Shown one piece after another: positions 8,801 through 18,772 of a stretch of DNA of 64,000 nucleotides. The notes beneath the pieces were generated by a model. That model made no database searches, was not told the origin of the DNA, and was given only the letters and a program-made list of their open reading frames with translations. The translations under genes were made by a program, and so were the position numbers. How positions within the stretch are numbered: the first letter of the stretch is position 1; each line of letters opens with the position of its first letter. Location: assembly GCA_048882045.1 (NCBI GenBank), contig JBHLRZ010000010.1:13939-77938 (forward strand). The letters are read 5' to 3'. The DNA is from Candidatus Thorarchaeota archaeon. GTDB taxonomy: Archaea > Asgardarchaeota > Thorarchaeia > Thorarchaeales > Thorarchaeaceae.

Positions 8801-11048
8801 TGTATCTACAATCAGTAATGGAACAGCGACGTTCATCTTCTTTGATGATTTTGAAAATGATGCCCTTGGAGCAGATCCAAATCCAGCGAGATGGTGGTTG
8901 GAAGCTGCGCAAGACCCCGACGATTATGTCCGGATTGAGCTAGATCCAATTGATAGTAGTAATCAGGTTGTATGCGCTGCAGAAACAGGCGACACTGTTG
9001 CAAACGTTGCATGGACTGTGAATTTCACATATAGTGGACCAGTGGCAATCGGTCAAAAGTTCCGATATGACTTGGATTACAAGGGTTATTTTGGAGTTCA
9101 CAACGAATCGTCATGGCTTTTCATCGACCAACTAGAAAACCTAGGTGTCAATGATCACCAGTGGTTCTTAGATCAAACTCCCTACGATTACTCGCCTGCA
9201 ATTGAAACTACAACTGACCGCTGGTTCAGCTGGGAATATCGATTCTCACCAACTGGTATGACACTCTTAGATCGTGAAACAGGCACGGTCCACACAGGAG
9301 GATTTACTCACGTAGATTATTCAGACGCAACCTTTGCTTCCATTAGATATGGTCTCAGAATGGGCGCGAATAAGTGGTGGACCGATGACATGTATGTCCG
9401 TAAATTTGTGTCTTCAGAACCAGCTCATGGAGAATGGAAGGGAGCTACTTTATTGAGCTGGCATCATGACTGTTCAAATAGTACTGGTTTTGTTTACAAT
9501 GACACTTGGAATATAAACTGGATGCCTTGGGTTATTCAACCGGGCACCCTGGCATCCGATGGGTCCATGCTCTCTGTGACTAGTGTGGTCACAGGATCAG
9601 GGTGGCATGGTCCAGTCTTTGAATATGAATTGCCTAGAACTTTGAGAGTGCGAGATATAGAGAACTTCACAGCTTTCTTCGATGTGGACAATTCCCTGAA
9701 TTCGTATTTGGGATATGAAGGACTAATGTTTGGAGATTCTGATAGAAATCCTATACTCTTTTGTGGCTTCCACGATGGATGGGCGGATTATCGACAGGGA
9801 TCTTATGGAATTTCGTATGGGTTTCTGAATGGTAGTCGTTCCGGTGTTGGTTCGGGGTATCCTGTAGGGTGGACTTCCTTCAGCGGCAAAATGAATGCGA
9901 GTTTCACAGAAGCAGGTTTGTTGTTGTATGTTGATGGACTCGGGGAAGGTTTACTCACAGGTCTTTCAGAGGGGGAGTTCAACCGAGAGATAAAATACGT
10001 GGCAATTGCTAGTGCACGGTTCGGTTCAGACCCATTGATTCCAGTTCATATCGATGAGATATACCTCAATTACGAGTTTGTCAGTGAACCGCCAGAACCT
10101 CCTCAACCATCGATTGATGATGTTGAAGACTTTGGATACGAGGTAGGCACATCAGGCAATGTGATAGTTTGGACAATTGCGAATTTCACTCCGACTTCCT
10201 ATGAGCTCTATAGAGACGGTGGCTTGCTTACTTCAGACATTTGGCTAGGAGGATCAACTATCGAGGTTGATATTGACAATCTTTCTCCGGGAGAGTATAA
10301 TTATACAATAGTCGTCTTTGGAGAAGGTTTGATTGAAGTATCGGATACTGTGATCATCACAGTCGCAGATACTACTGGTCCAAGTCTAGGAAATCCTCTA
10401 GATGTCAATTATGAACTCGGTTCAAGGGGACACTCAATAACCTGGACAGTAGCGGATCTGTACCCAGATTCATATATTATCTATCAGGATGGAGTTCCTA
10501 TTGAAACTAATGTGTGGACTTCTGGGACAATTCAAATAGATATAGACGGTTTAGGACTAGGAGTATATGACTTTAGCATTGAAGTCAATGATACTTCAGG
10601 AAATGTGGCTACAAATTCAGTGATTGTAACTGTAGCTGATACAACTTCACCTTTCATCGACCATCCGACAGACATTGTAATTGATATTCAATCAGCGACT
10701 ATCCAGATCACTTGGCGACCGACCGACCTTCGCCCATTCAATTATGAGATATACCGCAATGGCACAACAGTGGCTAGTGGAACATGGGCGAGTGGAGAGA
10801 ACTTAACCTACAGTCTTGGTGATGACCTGACCATTGGCACCTACAACTACACAGTTGTTGTATGGGATACCTCAGGCAACTACAATTCCGATACGGTAAT
10901 TGTAACAATTGAACCAATAATGGGTGGAGATTACCTCGGAATAAGCATCTCGATCGGTAGCCTTGTTGTCATCATTGTTGTTGCAGGCTTGATATGTCGA
11001 AGGCGAGGTAGTCCTCCAGCAGTGGAACCTAGCGGATACAACTGGTAG
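5814..11048 (+). CDS. Giant cell-surface protein: 3x DUF2341/ConA-like modules, 3x Ig-like domains, C-terminal TM
   Basis: Three copies of WL.GW.YRKS..DF.DIRFT..FWV...IY.Y.GN..FFDDFE; G.YNYTIVV.D..GN Ig repeats; N-terminal signal and C-terminal TM. Confidence 0.85.
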   Translation: MRGQCSKFIITIVIITILSIPIRTPYNQVVEDIGNSSKTQLAETSSTWHDDCSSTVGWASQSVSSGFDPKHPILESGTLTTSGGYLTVSGIADPVTERKGPLYIKELSDDVSISNIELFQAEVEFTYYSDTFGFLSVYLFDENKQKAVMLRLHDAWAASESHPESVFFDPGEVGDGTVHDEILFGSWTGFLRFWYDGSTGDIIGELDDGTPNQATLKTSGTFDAGRRIKYVGIQWSRHPGLAYNSDGYRLLDIQLTYEKTQPASDWLTGWNYRKSLAINGSAGAGPDYQVKVLVQYGSGIDGQEAVYCDNLCNVDFSDIRFTDDDGTTELAFWRESFYSADNATFWVRVSDDLSFSQMIYLYFGNPGVATTSDGQATFDFFDDFETGSFERWDSVNSWSISSTYARTGTYGAYGIGGVTQPFLFHNMSQTGSFLIHIDARTFDNFNTFPVLLSSDEGICYPCAFGWTNALYHTGSFQNWPSNSSLSYNTWYNLQIGIDVVNSKMHGWKDGAFMGEVIFRSDSGTIPSNITGFRPAPGTQATRYLAVDNVYIRKWIADEPSYASWGALEFEPQNGSNWLTGWMNRKSYQILGTPGAGMNYQIPIIVYFGSGTDSTNSVYCDSKCQPDFDDIRFTRSDGYSLLDYWTESVYDSDNTTFWVEVKDNLDFNTTIYMYYGNSAASTISNGTATFIFFDDFESGNFNKWDDAGSACSIESSTVFSGSYSALLPGGGSERHLWKNTDAQWSTTTFMVHVAARLIDPGTYAGYPVYWQGYSNTDTLRYGYTIFGNSLSWSYGDHTGGNIPWSSNNTYSTNVWYQMEGAIDVIGDKHYAWKDSSFMGESLLEPDGQTELMNNITTLLVAGGAFTGGDLLIDDYFVRKWIASEPVHGLWSDYESWLMGWNYRKSHEIIGSLGAGENYQMEIVVHYDHGPDSGRDVFCDRRCQSDFDDIRFTDNDGYSLLDYWTESVYDSDNATFWVEVKDNLDFDTTIYMYYGNATVSTISNGTATFIFFDDFENDALGADPNPARWWLEAAQDPDDYVRIELDPIDSSNQVVCAAETGDTVANVAWTVNFTYSGPVAIGQKFRYDLDYKGYFGVHNESSWLFIDQLENLGVNDHQWFLDQTPYDYSPAIETTTDRWFSWEYRFSPTGMTLLDRETGTVHTGGFTHVDYSDATFASIRYGLRMGANKWWTDDMYVRKFVSSEPAHGEWKGATLLSWHHDCSNSTGFVYNDTWNINWMPWVIQPGTLASDGSMLSVTSVVTGSGWHGPVFEYELPRTLRVRDIENFTAFFDVDNSLNSYLGYEGLMFGDSDRNPILFCGFHDGWADYRQGSYGISYGFLNGSRSGVGSGYPVGWTSFSGKMNASFTEAGLLLYVDGLGEGLLTGLSEGEFNREIKYVAIASARFGSDPLIPVHIDEIYLNYEFVSEPPEPPQPSIDDVEDFGYEVGTSGNVIVWTIANFTPTSYELYRDGGLLTSDIWLGGSTIEVDIDNLSPGEYNYTIVVFGEGLIEVSDTVIITVADTTGPSLGNPLDVNYELGSRGHSITWTVADLYPDSYIIYQDGVPIETNVWTSGTIQIDIDGLGLGVYDFSIEVNDTSGNVATNSVIVTVADTTSPFIDHPTDIVIDIQSATIQITWRPTDLRPFNYEIYRNGTTVASGTWASGENLTYSLGDDLTIGTYNYTVVVWDTSGNYNSDTVIVTIEPIMGGDYLGISISIGSLVVIIVVAGLICRRRGSPPAVEPSGYNW
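7695..8856 (+). repeat. Intragenic near-identical DNA repeat (7695-7902 vs 8649-8856)
   Basis: About 208-bp segments encoding DDIRFT...FFDDFE are almost identical at DNA level. Confidence 0.85.
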
Positions 11049-11437
11049 ATAATTCAATCCATGACCGGTAACATAACTGCATGTATATTGCGTAATAGAT
11101 GGAGAAGATGAGGAAGGCAAGACCAGCTTTTGCAACATTGAATATTTATATAACAATTGCTTAATATTTTAGATAACTTTATAATTATACTATCATTAAA
11201 ACTATATGGAACTCAGGCACCACCTGAAGCAAACACCCATTAATTATGAGAATGTCACGAGTAGAAATAAAGCAGTTCTCTCTACAATCCAAACACGATT
11301 TGCGAAAATCTGTTCCCCTTTCAATAGATTTCCAAAGTGACTGAATTGTTGCAGGTGATGTGTCTGTAAGTTCCGTTTGTGTGAGGGGGAACCTTACAGA
11401 TTCATTATAAAAGTGAAATTAAAAGAAGACGGAAAAA

Positions 11438-11770
11438 TTGCTAGTGAAGAATGATTCTGAATATGAAACTCTGGATCATATGTTAAAGCTCTTGAGAATA
11501 GATGTAAGAAAACTCCTTGCAAAGCTCGACCAATCGGAGTCGCTCAACATTGAAGATGAACTACTTGAAGACGAAAAGTGGCTTGCTAGTAAAGACGAGT
11601 ACGAAATCTTCGGCTTCATTAGAAGCCTTGCTCTCATTGCAACAAAGCTGCAACCTGAAACATTTGAGGAAACGAAGAACAGTCTGACGGAGTTTTGGAA
11701 GGATGTAATCTCCGAGGGCGATTGGGAAGATTATGAGAAGGAAGTTCCAGACAAGGTAAAAGACTTTTGA
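11438..11770 (+). CDS. Hypothetical acidic helical protein
   Basis: 110-aa ORF with TTG start, an upstream TTATAA box and protein-like composition. Confidence 0.55.
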   Translation: MLVKNDSEYETLDHMLKLLRIDVRKLLAKLDQSESLNIEDELLEDEKWLASKDEYEIFGFIRSLALIATKLQPETFEETKNSLTEFWKDVISEGDWEDYEKEVPDKVKDF

Positions 11771-12083
11771 AGGTGATTGTTTTGCTACGCCATTTAATAT
11801 CAACAACAAGCGAATGTGAAGCTCAGACCTATCTTAGACAAAACTCTGAGAGAATAAAGAAGGCATTTATCATCACCACCAGGATTCCTGACGATTGCAA
11901 TCATTTGAGGTATGATGTATTTCAGGTCGTGAAAGAAACTGAAAGGAACTGAGGTGATTGATCAACACAAACCTCAGACCAGCAGAATCGGTATACTTCA
12001 GCTGACTTTCCAAATCAGTGTTTCTACTCTGCGTTGGTGTCAAGATATAAAATGCACACAATAGCCAAAAAGAGTCGAGAGAT

Positions 12084-12587
12084 ATGAATGTAGTAGAGTT
12101 TGTCCGGTCTATGGCAGATTCCACGAGAGCTTGGCGTGAGAGGGCTCTTCAAAACTTGCGAGATGAGAAATGCGATAATCTGGGATATAGACCCCACTCA
12201 AGGATGTCCTCTGTGGGATGGCTTCTCGCTCATCAGGGTGCGGCCTACGACTACGTACTGAACATGCTGATCAAGGGCAATTCGCCCAAGAATCCAGACC
12301 TCTTCTACGCATACAGAGGGGATAGTAGCGATCCGGGCGATTGGGCAGGAACTCCTCTTCAAGAGATCAATGCCTACTTCGACTCAGTCGAAAATGACTT
12401 CCTTTCTTGGCTTGAGCAAGCGCCTGATGGAGAACTGGGTCGCATACTAGAAGGATCCGACACTCCTCAATACTTTCAGGGCATGCGCGTGACAGATGCG
12501 ATTACTGACATGTTTGCACATCTGAACCACCACAATGGACATCTCAGTTCTATCAAAGGTGATTGGTGTCAGCAGAAAGAGATGTGA
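12084..12587 (+). CDS. DinB/YfiT-like metalloprotein
   Basis: SVGWLLAH near the N-terminus and H.NHHNGHL near the C-terminus. Confidence 0.8.
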   Translation: MNVVEFVRSMADSTRAWRERALQNLRDEKCDNLGYRPHSRMSSVGWLLAHQGAAYDYVLNMLIKGNSPKNPDLFYAYRGDSSDPGDWAGTPLQEINAYFDSVENDFLSWLEQAPDGELGRILEGSDTPQYFQGMRVTDAITDMFAHLNHHNGHLSSIKGDWCQQKEM

Positions 12588-12588
12588 G

Positions 12589-12639
12589 AAAAAAGGACTC
12601 CAAGACATGCGATTTCCTTCAGGAAGAGCATGCTTGGAG
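12589..12639 (-). terminator. Hairpin plus U-tract between convergent genes
   Basis: CTCCAAG-CATGC...GCATG-CTTGGAG stem, followed by TCCTTTTTT on the minus strand. Confidence 0.55.
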
Positions 12640-12657
12640 GAAACAATAGTACCAGAA

Positions 12658-13425
12658 TTACACAGGTTTTGCATGAGCTCGAACAATTGATTCGATCTTG
12701 TCGAGTTTGACCTGAATATCAGCATCATTGATGTTGACAACAACTGAAACATCGATGTCGGCTATCTCTTGCTGACCTTTCTTGTTCGTATATGGTACAT
12801 CGACCTGGAAGTTGACTCTGTCATTTTGTTTTGCTCTGAATCCCTTGGCTTCCTGCTCGATATTGTAACCACCCCTTATTGGGTAGAGAACTCCATAGTT
12901 CACCATCTGGTATCCACTGTCGGTAATTCCCTTTGATATCTGTTCCATAATCGACTTGTTGTACATATAGCTGCCTAGTTGAATCAGACTCAGGAAAGCG
13001 AAAACGCCGCCTCCACTGACTCTAGCCTTCTTGGCCTCCTGTACACCGGTTGCTATGATACGATGGTCTGAAACAAAGACCTGGCCCTTGATTACAGACT
13101 TGCCGGTTTCGACCCAACCATCACAAATCACAGCGAATTCCTCACCAGGGAGTTTGCAGAAGTTCTGGACAAAGTATCTCTCGAATTCAGCTAGCTTGTC
13201 AGCCTTCCTTGCACGCATCATCTTGTCAAAGAGAATGTATGCCTTTTCAGAGAACATTGCAGGATCCACGAGAATGGCATCCCTCATGATCTCACCAAAA
13301 ATCTGGAACTCGGAAGATTCTATCTTTTCGAATGCCTTTCGTAATTCATTTCCAACGTCGCCAGATTTTCCTTTGTGCATTTTTTCCATGACTTTTTCTC
13401 TTAGTTTGTTAAAGTCTACACCCAT
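12658..13425 (-). CDS. Hypothetical protein with possible PH/GRAM-like domain
   Basis: F.KLPGEE...C.G......GQVFVSDHRII pattern, followed by a hydrophobic segment. Confidence 0.6.
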   Translation of the reverse strand: MGVDFNKLREKVMEKMHKGKSGDVGNELRKAFEKIESSEFQIFGEIMRDAILVDPAMFSEKAYILFDKMMRARKADKLAEFERYFVQNFCKLPGEEFAVICDGWVETGKSVIKGQVFVSDHRIIATGVQEAKKARVSGGGVFAFLSLIQLGSYMYNKSIMEQISKGITDSGYQMVNYGVLYPIRGGYNIEQEAKGFRAKQNDRVNFQVDVPYTNKKGQQEIADIDVSVVVNINDADIQVKLDKIESIVRAHAKPV

Positions 13426-13626
13426 GAGTAAAACCTCAGAATAGCATCTATTCTGAGTTGACGTATATTAAATCAGTTAGGATGCACAAAATAGCATTTC
13501 TGTCACAGGTGAGTGATTTCAGCAGATAGAGATGTGGCATAATTACACGTAGTGAGTCAATATAGACACATTTTATTTTTGTCTTGCTTTGGCGCATAGA
13601 AGATAACACTCGTGGAAGATGCAACA

Positions 13627-14532
13627 ATGACAGTCCACAACAACGAGCTTCTTACGGCGGCAGAAGATGGAAACATAAATGGAGTCAGGGATGCTGTTGA
13701 ATCCGGGGCCGATATCAATGCACAAAATGAGTTCATGAAAGACTCTGCACTACATATCGCATCAAGTCGAGGTTATCTAGAGATAGTCAAATACCTCGTA
13801 GAGAAAGACGCGGATATGCTCTTGACTAACGGGACTGATATGACTCCACTCCACCTCGCTGCTCGCGATGGGCAAACCCACATCGTCGAATTTTTACTAG
13901 AGAAGATGGAATCGGTACCTGAAAGGGTGTTGAATGATGTTCTCCATGTCGCGTCTATGTCAGTCTATGGAAGATCAGAGATTGTGCAAATGCTTGATGA
14001 TTTTAGAACAAAACAGGCAAGACCCAGTACAAGTGGAAGAGAGAACGCAGACTCAATTCTTCTCGAAGCCTCAGAAAGCGGAAGCCTGGAAGAAGTCACC
14101 GAAGCAATTCAAGATGGTGCAGATGTTAGCATTGTAGATGGAAGAGGAATGATGCCGATTCACTGGGCAGCATTGAGGGGACACACACAGATTGTAAACA
14201 TACTTCTTGAAAACAATACGGATGTAAATAGCACAAATTCAGCAGACTGGACTCCAATTATGCAGGCAAGTTTTGAAGGGCACACCGAGATTGTCCAGCT
14301 ACTCATCGAGAAGGGGGCGGATGTCAATGCCAAGACCTTTGTCTCAGGGACTGCACTCATCTTTGCAGCAGGGAAGGGACATTTTGAAATCGTCAAGATA
14401 CTTCTTGAAGCAGGTGCAGATTCCTCCGTAGAGATTGACGGATCAGAGAATGAGGATGGGATGACTGCGTTGGACTATGCTCGTCGTGAGGGACATCTGG
14501 AGATAGCAGAGCTGATTGAGAATCACAGTTAG
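13627..14532 (+). CDS. Ankyrin repeat protein
   Basis: Repeated TPLH.AA..G...IV..LL..GAD units. Confidence 0.95.
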   Translation: MTVHNNELLTAAEDGNINGVRDAVESGADINAQNEFMKDSALHIASSRGYLEIVKYLVEKDADMLLTNGTDMTPLHLAARDGQTHIVEFLLEKMESVPERVLNDVLHVASMSVYGRSEIVQMLDDFRTKQARPSTSGRENADSILLEASESGSLEEVTEAIQDGADVSIVDGRGMMPIHWAALRGHTQIVNILLENNTDVNSTNSADWTPIMQASFEGHTEIVQLLIEKGADVNAKTFVSGTALIFAAGKGHFEIVKILLEAGADSSVEIDGSENEDGMTALDYARREGHLEIAELIENHS

Positions 14533-14669
14533 AATGGATATTTGACAGATGTCGAAAACTGGAGATATTGATATCGGGTCAAACACAAGCTCAAGTGATT
14601 ATCCTTACGGAAAAAGGCATTGAAAACATCCACATAATCTATTTTACTGAATCTTGACGCGTTTTTGCT

Positions 14670-14954
14670 ATGACCAGCGAATCAGAAGAATTTGAGGATA
14701 TCATCCGGGTCATTGAGGGGATCCATTGCGCCAAAGGCCCCAAGGGATGCAAGAAATGTGAGGAGGCTGGCATTCAAAACAAGCTATGTCTCATCAGAAT
14801 CTTCAAGGAAGCTGGCAAAGAGGTTAGACCAGTCATCGAATTAGATCGGGAGGACCAGCAGTACTTCACCTATGAAGTTCTGAAGTGTTTCGACGACATT
14901 CAACAGGCTCATGACTATGCACAGCAGAACGACATCTATGATGTTGAGTATTGA
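14670..14954 (+). CDS. Small Cys-containing hypothetical protein
   Basis: HC..GPKGCKKC...C; ATG start. Confidence 0.6.
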   Translation: MTSESEEFEDIIRVIEGIHCAKGPKGCKKCEEAGIQNKLCLIRIFKEAGKEVRPVIELDREDQQYFTYEVLKCFDDIQQAHDYAQQNDIYDVEY

Positions 14955-15042
14955 TAGACAATCAAAAAGTCTGATGCTCGAGTGAAAACTAATATCATGC
15001 AGTGCTTTCGTTGATTGTGAGAAGAGAGCTGGTGCAATCTCT

Positions 15043-16635
15043 ATGGAGGAAACCGATAAGACGCAATCATCAACAGCATTGATTTTCCAACTTCGACAAA
15101 TACTCTGTATAGAGAGAGAGTCATGGAAATTCACCCTATTGACAGCAATTCCCATCACCATCATCACTATCTGCTATGTCCAATACATAATGGCCATATG
15201 GGGCATCTATGGGTTCTGTTTCGATGATTCATGGATTCATGTACAGTACGCTAGGACTATCTTCGAGGGAAGGCCTTGGGAGTATGCACGGGGAATTCCA
15301 AGTACTGGCTCGTCAGGACCTCTTTGGTCAGTTGTTTTGACACCTATCTTTCTCCTCGGGACATCGCATGATGCAATAGTAACATCTGTTCTGACTATCT
15401 CAGGAATTATGTTCATAGTGGACACTTTCCTTGTTGGAGAGATTGTCAGACAACATACTGGTAGATGGCAATATGCTGTGTTAGGACAGATCATCTTCGT
15501 TTTAGTACCAAGGAATGCGGGGCTGATGTTGTCTGGAATGGAAACTCCTCTAGGGATGATGATGCTACTAGGTGCTCTTCTTGCCCTCCCAAGATCCGAA
15601 TGGCAGTATGACATCCTCCTTGGAGTCTTAGTTGGCTTTGCCTATTTGTGTCGTCCCGAGTTCGTTCTACTCGCAGTGCTCTGCCTTCCTGTCAGGTCAT
15701 TGGTCATGCTTTATCGGGATAAGAACAGAAAGAAACGTCTTCTTACACTGACTGCTATGTTTGCAATTGCACTGCTTGTGGTTTTACCGTGGATCTTGCA
15801 TTGCTACAATACAACAGGACTCCCATTGCCAGACTCGTATTACTCGAAATTGAGATGGGGAGTGAACCAGGAAATGATTGACCTCTGGAACTATTTCTGG
15901 TTTGTTGCGTGGTTTCCGACAGAACCCTATCTTGCTCTGAGCTTTGTTGGAGCTGGTGTACTTCTGATTTTGAAACGGCGGCCATACGAACTGATGATGA
16001 TTGTGTCATTCTACGCATTGTACAGACTTACAATGCCCAGTATGGCTTTCCTGTTTGCGGCCCGATATCTAGTTCCATTGTTCGACATAATGGCAATTGC
16101 GTTCTTCTGTGGGTTTGCGCTTATAATTGAGCGACTGTTTAAGATGAAACCCTTGAGAGATACATTTAGTGTAGACTTCACGATTCTGCTCACTATTGTG
16201 GTAACATTCCTGTTGCTTACTCCCTCAATCGTTAGTAGCATCGGTTATGTAGATCATCACGCAAATCAAGCGAAAAATATCGAGGAGATGCAGGTACATC
16301 TTTCATCTTGGATTCTAGAGAATGTCCCAGATAATGCGACCATAGCAACGTACGATGTGGGAGCACTTGGATATTTTGCCAAAGGGATAGTATTGGATCT
16401 CTACGGTCTTGTCACACCTGTCGTTTTGCATAACTTGACAGGTCTAAATGACGCTGCAGAATTCCTCCGCGAAGTAAATTGTACGTATATCATGTTCTAT
16501 GTCGAGTGGTTCATAGGGTATTATATAGCCCTACTCTCAGCCGGAGCAACAGTTACAGAGCTCTATAGAGTGACTTTGTCAGACCCTGTTGTTGTGGGAA
16601 CTCCCAACATGGCTGTATACCATATAGATTGGTGA
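15043..16635 (+). CDS. GT-C-type polytopic membrane glycosyltransferase (ArnT/PMT-like)
   Basis: DDSWIH..YAR, G.SGPLW, SGMETPL, RPE, RYLVP and D.GALGY..D..GLV motifs; many TM segments. Confidence 0.8.
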   Translation: MEETDKTQSSTALIFQLRQILCIERESWKFTLLTAIPITIITICYVQYIMAIWGIYGFCFDDSWIHVQYARTIFEGRPWEYARGIPSTGSSGPLWSVVLTPIFLLGTSHDAIVTSVLTISGIMFIVDTFLVGEIVRQHTGRWQYAVLGQIIFVLVPRNAGLMLSGMETPLGMMMLLGALLALPRSEWQYDILLGVLVGFAYLCRPEFVLLAVLCLPVRSLVMLYRDKNRKKRLLTLTAMFAIALLVVLPWILHCYNTTGLPLPDSYYSKLRWGVNQEMIDLWNYFWFVAWFPTEPYLALSFVGAGVLLILKRRPYELMMIVSFYALYRLTMPSMAFLFAARYLVPLFDIMAIAFFCGFALIIERLFKMKPLRDTFSVDFTILLTIVVTFLLLTPSIVSSIGYVDHHANQAKNIEEMQVHLSSWILENVPDNATIATYDVGALGYFAKGIVLDLYGLVTPVVLHNLTGLNDAAEFLREVNCTYIMFYVEWFIGYYIALLSAGATVTELYRVTLSDPVVVGTPNMAVYHIDW

Positions 16636-17174
16636 TGCCAATAGCTATAAAGAGGATACCTCCCCATGAACAGAGTATGAAAGATGAGGATTGCATCGAG
16701 AAGGTTACGATTACTGTATTTCCTCCCATGGCTGGAATTGGTATCGTAGAGGGCGATCCTGTGATCGAAGACGAGGATGCATGTGGTGATACCACAGTTT
16801 CTTCGGTTCCAATCAATCCTGCAGATGCCAATGTAGTAGTTGTGAAGCTCAAGAGCGATGATCCAATGATGAAGATCAGTCAGCTATTAGAGAAGGCTCA
16901 GATAAAATACGGGGAGAGTATCTGTATTAGAACCGCGAAATATGACACGAAGGAAGATCTGGGTGATGCAATTGAGTGGTTAAATGCCTCCTTACGCGGG
17001 AGTGGTGATAATACAGTTCTTGATGGACCCAGTTTCTCAACCTTCATCGGTGCTTCTGCACCAATCTTGTCCATAAACAATAGGCTCTCATTCGTGGGGA
17101 TGATACCCAACGAAAGTCAGTTTCTGTCTAGACTAGGTGCAGCTATTCGAATTGCAGAAGAGGGTGTCAAGTAG
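16635..17174 (+). CDS. Hypothetical protein, possible thioredoxin-like fold
   Basis: ATG overlaps the upstream TGA; C-terminal APILSINNRLSFVG..P pattern. Confidence 0.55.
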   Translation: MPIAIKRIPPHEQSMKDEDCIEKVTITVFPPMAGIGIVEGDPVIEDEDACGDTTVSSVPINPADANVVVVKLKSDDPMMKISQLLEKAQIKYGESICIRTAKYDTKEDLGDAIEWLNASLRGSGDNTVLDGPSFSTFIGASAPILSINNRLSFVGMIPNESQFLSRLGAAIRIAEEGVK

Positions 17175-17181
17175 TAGATCA

Positions 17182-18135
17182 TCATTGCTTGAGAATGGAA
17201 TGGACCTCTTCTTCGCTGATATTCCCTCCACTCAGAACTAAGACAACTTTCTTACCAGCAAACTCCTCAGCATTCTCCAAGAGAGCGGCTGTTGACACTG
17301 CGCCAGCTCCCTCGATTCTTAATCCTTCATTCTCGTAAAGGATTCGCATAGCTTGCAAGATTGAGCTCTCTTTGACAAGAACAACTCTATCTACCAAGTC
17401 CTTGATGATGTCAAGAGTGATGGAGGTAGATTCCACACCGCCCATGAGACCCTGAGCCAGAGAGTCTGACTCTTCAGCTTCAACCCAATGTCCTGCGATC
17501 CAGGACTCGTACACCTCCGGTGATACCTCGGATTGGACTCCTATGATTATTGTGCTCGGATGTTTTGCCTTGATTGCAGTGGCTACACCTGAAATCAGAC
17601 CTCCACCCCCGATAGGAACAATCACGAGATCGATATCATTCAGTTGCTCAAGAATCTCAAGCCCGGTGGTTCCTGCTCCAGCTACAATCTCATGATCACT
17701 GTAAGGAGCGACATAAGTCAAACCACGATCCTTAGCCAACTGGCGAGCGTAGGTTTCAATCTCTTCATAACCTGTTTCCTGAATGACTTCAACACCTTCT
17801 TTCTCCATCTTTGCCTTCTTTACTTCTGATGCGTCAAGAGGGAATACTACCCTAGCTGAGATGTCTAGAAGTTTCGCAGCATAGGCAACGCCTAGTCCAT
17901 GATTACCTGTTGATGCAGTAATCACACCTTTTGCTACTTCTTCCTTAGACAGAGTCATTAGTCTGTTGAGGGCTCCTCGTACTTTGAAAGACCCAGTTAC
18001 TTGTTCATTCTCAAGTTTGAGATACACAGAGGAACCTGTCAATTTCGAGAGGTATTTGGATTTTCTAAGTGGAGTTTCTTTGATGTGGTTTCTAATTCGC
18101 TCTCGTGCTCTTTCGATATCTGACAAGGTGGTCAT
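17182..18135 (-). CDS. Threonine/serine ammonia-lyase (PLP fold II, no ACT domain)
   Basis: KLENEQVTGSFKVRGA, STGNHG, PIGGGGL, LSGGN; start MTTLSDI at 18135. Confidence 0.9.
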   Translation of the reverse strand: MTTLSDIERARERIRNHIKETPLRKSKYLSKLTGSSVYLKLENEQVTGSFKVRGALNRLMTLSKEEVAKGVITASTGNHGLGVAYAAKLLDISARVVFPLDASEVKKAKMEKEGVEVIQETGYEEIETYARQLAKDRGLTYVAPYSDHEIVAGAGTTGLEILEQLNDIDLVIVPIGGGGLISGVATAIKAKHPSTIIIGVQSEVSPEVYESWIAGHWVEAEESDSLAQGLMGGVESTSITLDIIKDLVDRVVLVKESSILQAMRILYENEGLRIEGAGAVSTAALLENAEEFAGKKVVLVLSGGNISEEEVHSILKQ

Positions 18136-18214
18136 GATTACAGCCTCATGCAATATTTTCAAAGTGGCATCATGTTGAAAAACAATGTGGCTTTCTATAG
18201 AACTCATCATTTCT

Positions 18215-18772
18215 TCAATCTTCATATTCCTGAGAGAAGCGGTTTTCAATCCATGAACGTATATCAGAGTCCTCCATTGATGACGGTGTGGACGGTTTTT
18301 GTCGTCCCTGTAGTCTTCGCTGCTCCATAACCTCTCGTAGGTTAATCACATTCACTATATTCCCGTCCTCGACATGAAGCTCTAGTACATCATAATATGA
18401 CTCAGCACTCTGGAAGCCCATATGTACATACATTTCCTGAATGAAGTCCCGACCAATCAGAATACGTCCTGTGAACTTAATTTTGAGACCGATATCCTCG
18501 TAGAAGTGTTTGAACCCCCAACCGTCCTTTGGTTTTCTGGGTTCCACACCGTTCACAGGCTTGACCTCAATGGGATTTGCTAGCATTGCATCCAAGAATA
18601 TTTCATCATCAACACAGGCATAGAACATCTGATAACCACGCCAGCATGCAGTGGTTGCCATGGTGGTCTCCATACCAAAGTCAACAGGGACCGGAAGACC
18701 TTCTCCATTGACTCCAATAAGGGAATATGTTTCTCCATTGTAACGGACCTCATCTGAGATTTGACCAGTCAA
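18215..18772 (-). CDS. Conserved-looking hypothetical protein
   Basis: MTGQISD...TACWRGY motif; TTG start. Confidence 0.7.
   Translation of the reverse strand: MTGQISDEVRYNGETYSLIGVNGEGLPVPVDFGMETTMATTACWRGYQMFYACVDDEIFLDAMLANPIEVKPVNGVEPRKPKDGWGFKHFYEDIGLKIKFTGRILIGRDFIQEMYVHMGFQSAESYYDVLELHVEDGNIVNVINLREVMEQRRLQGRQKPSTPSSMEDSDIRSWIENRFSQEYED

Noticed and set aside
11130-11430. AT-rich intergenic stretch as a replication origin
   Set aside because: No recognisable repeated ORB boxes and no cdc6/orc1 gene nearby
12598-12639. Hairpin with tandem GA pairs as a SECIS element
   Set aside because: Neither flanking gene has an in-frame TGA at a Cys-like position; the U-tract fits a terminator
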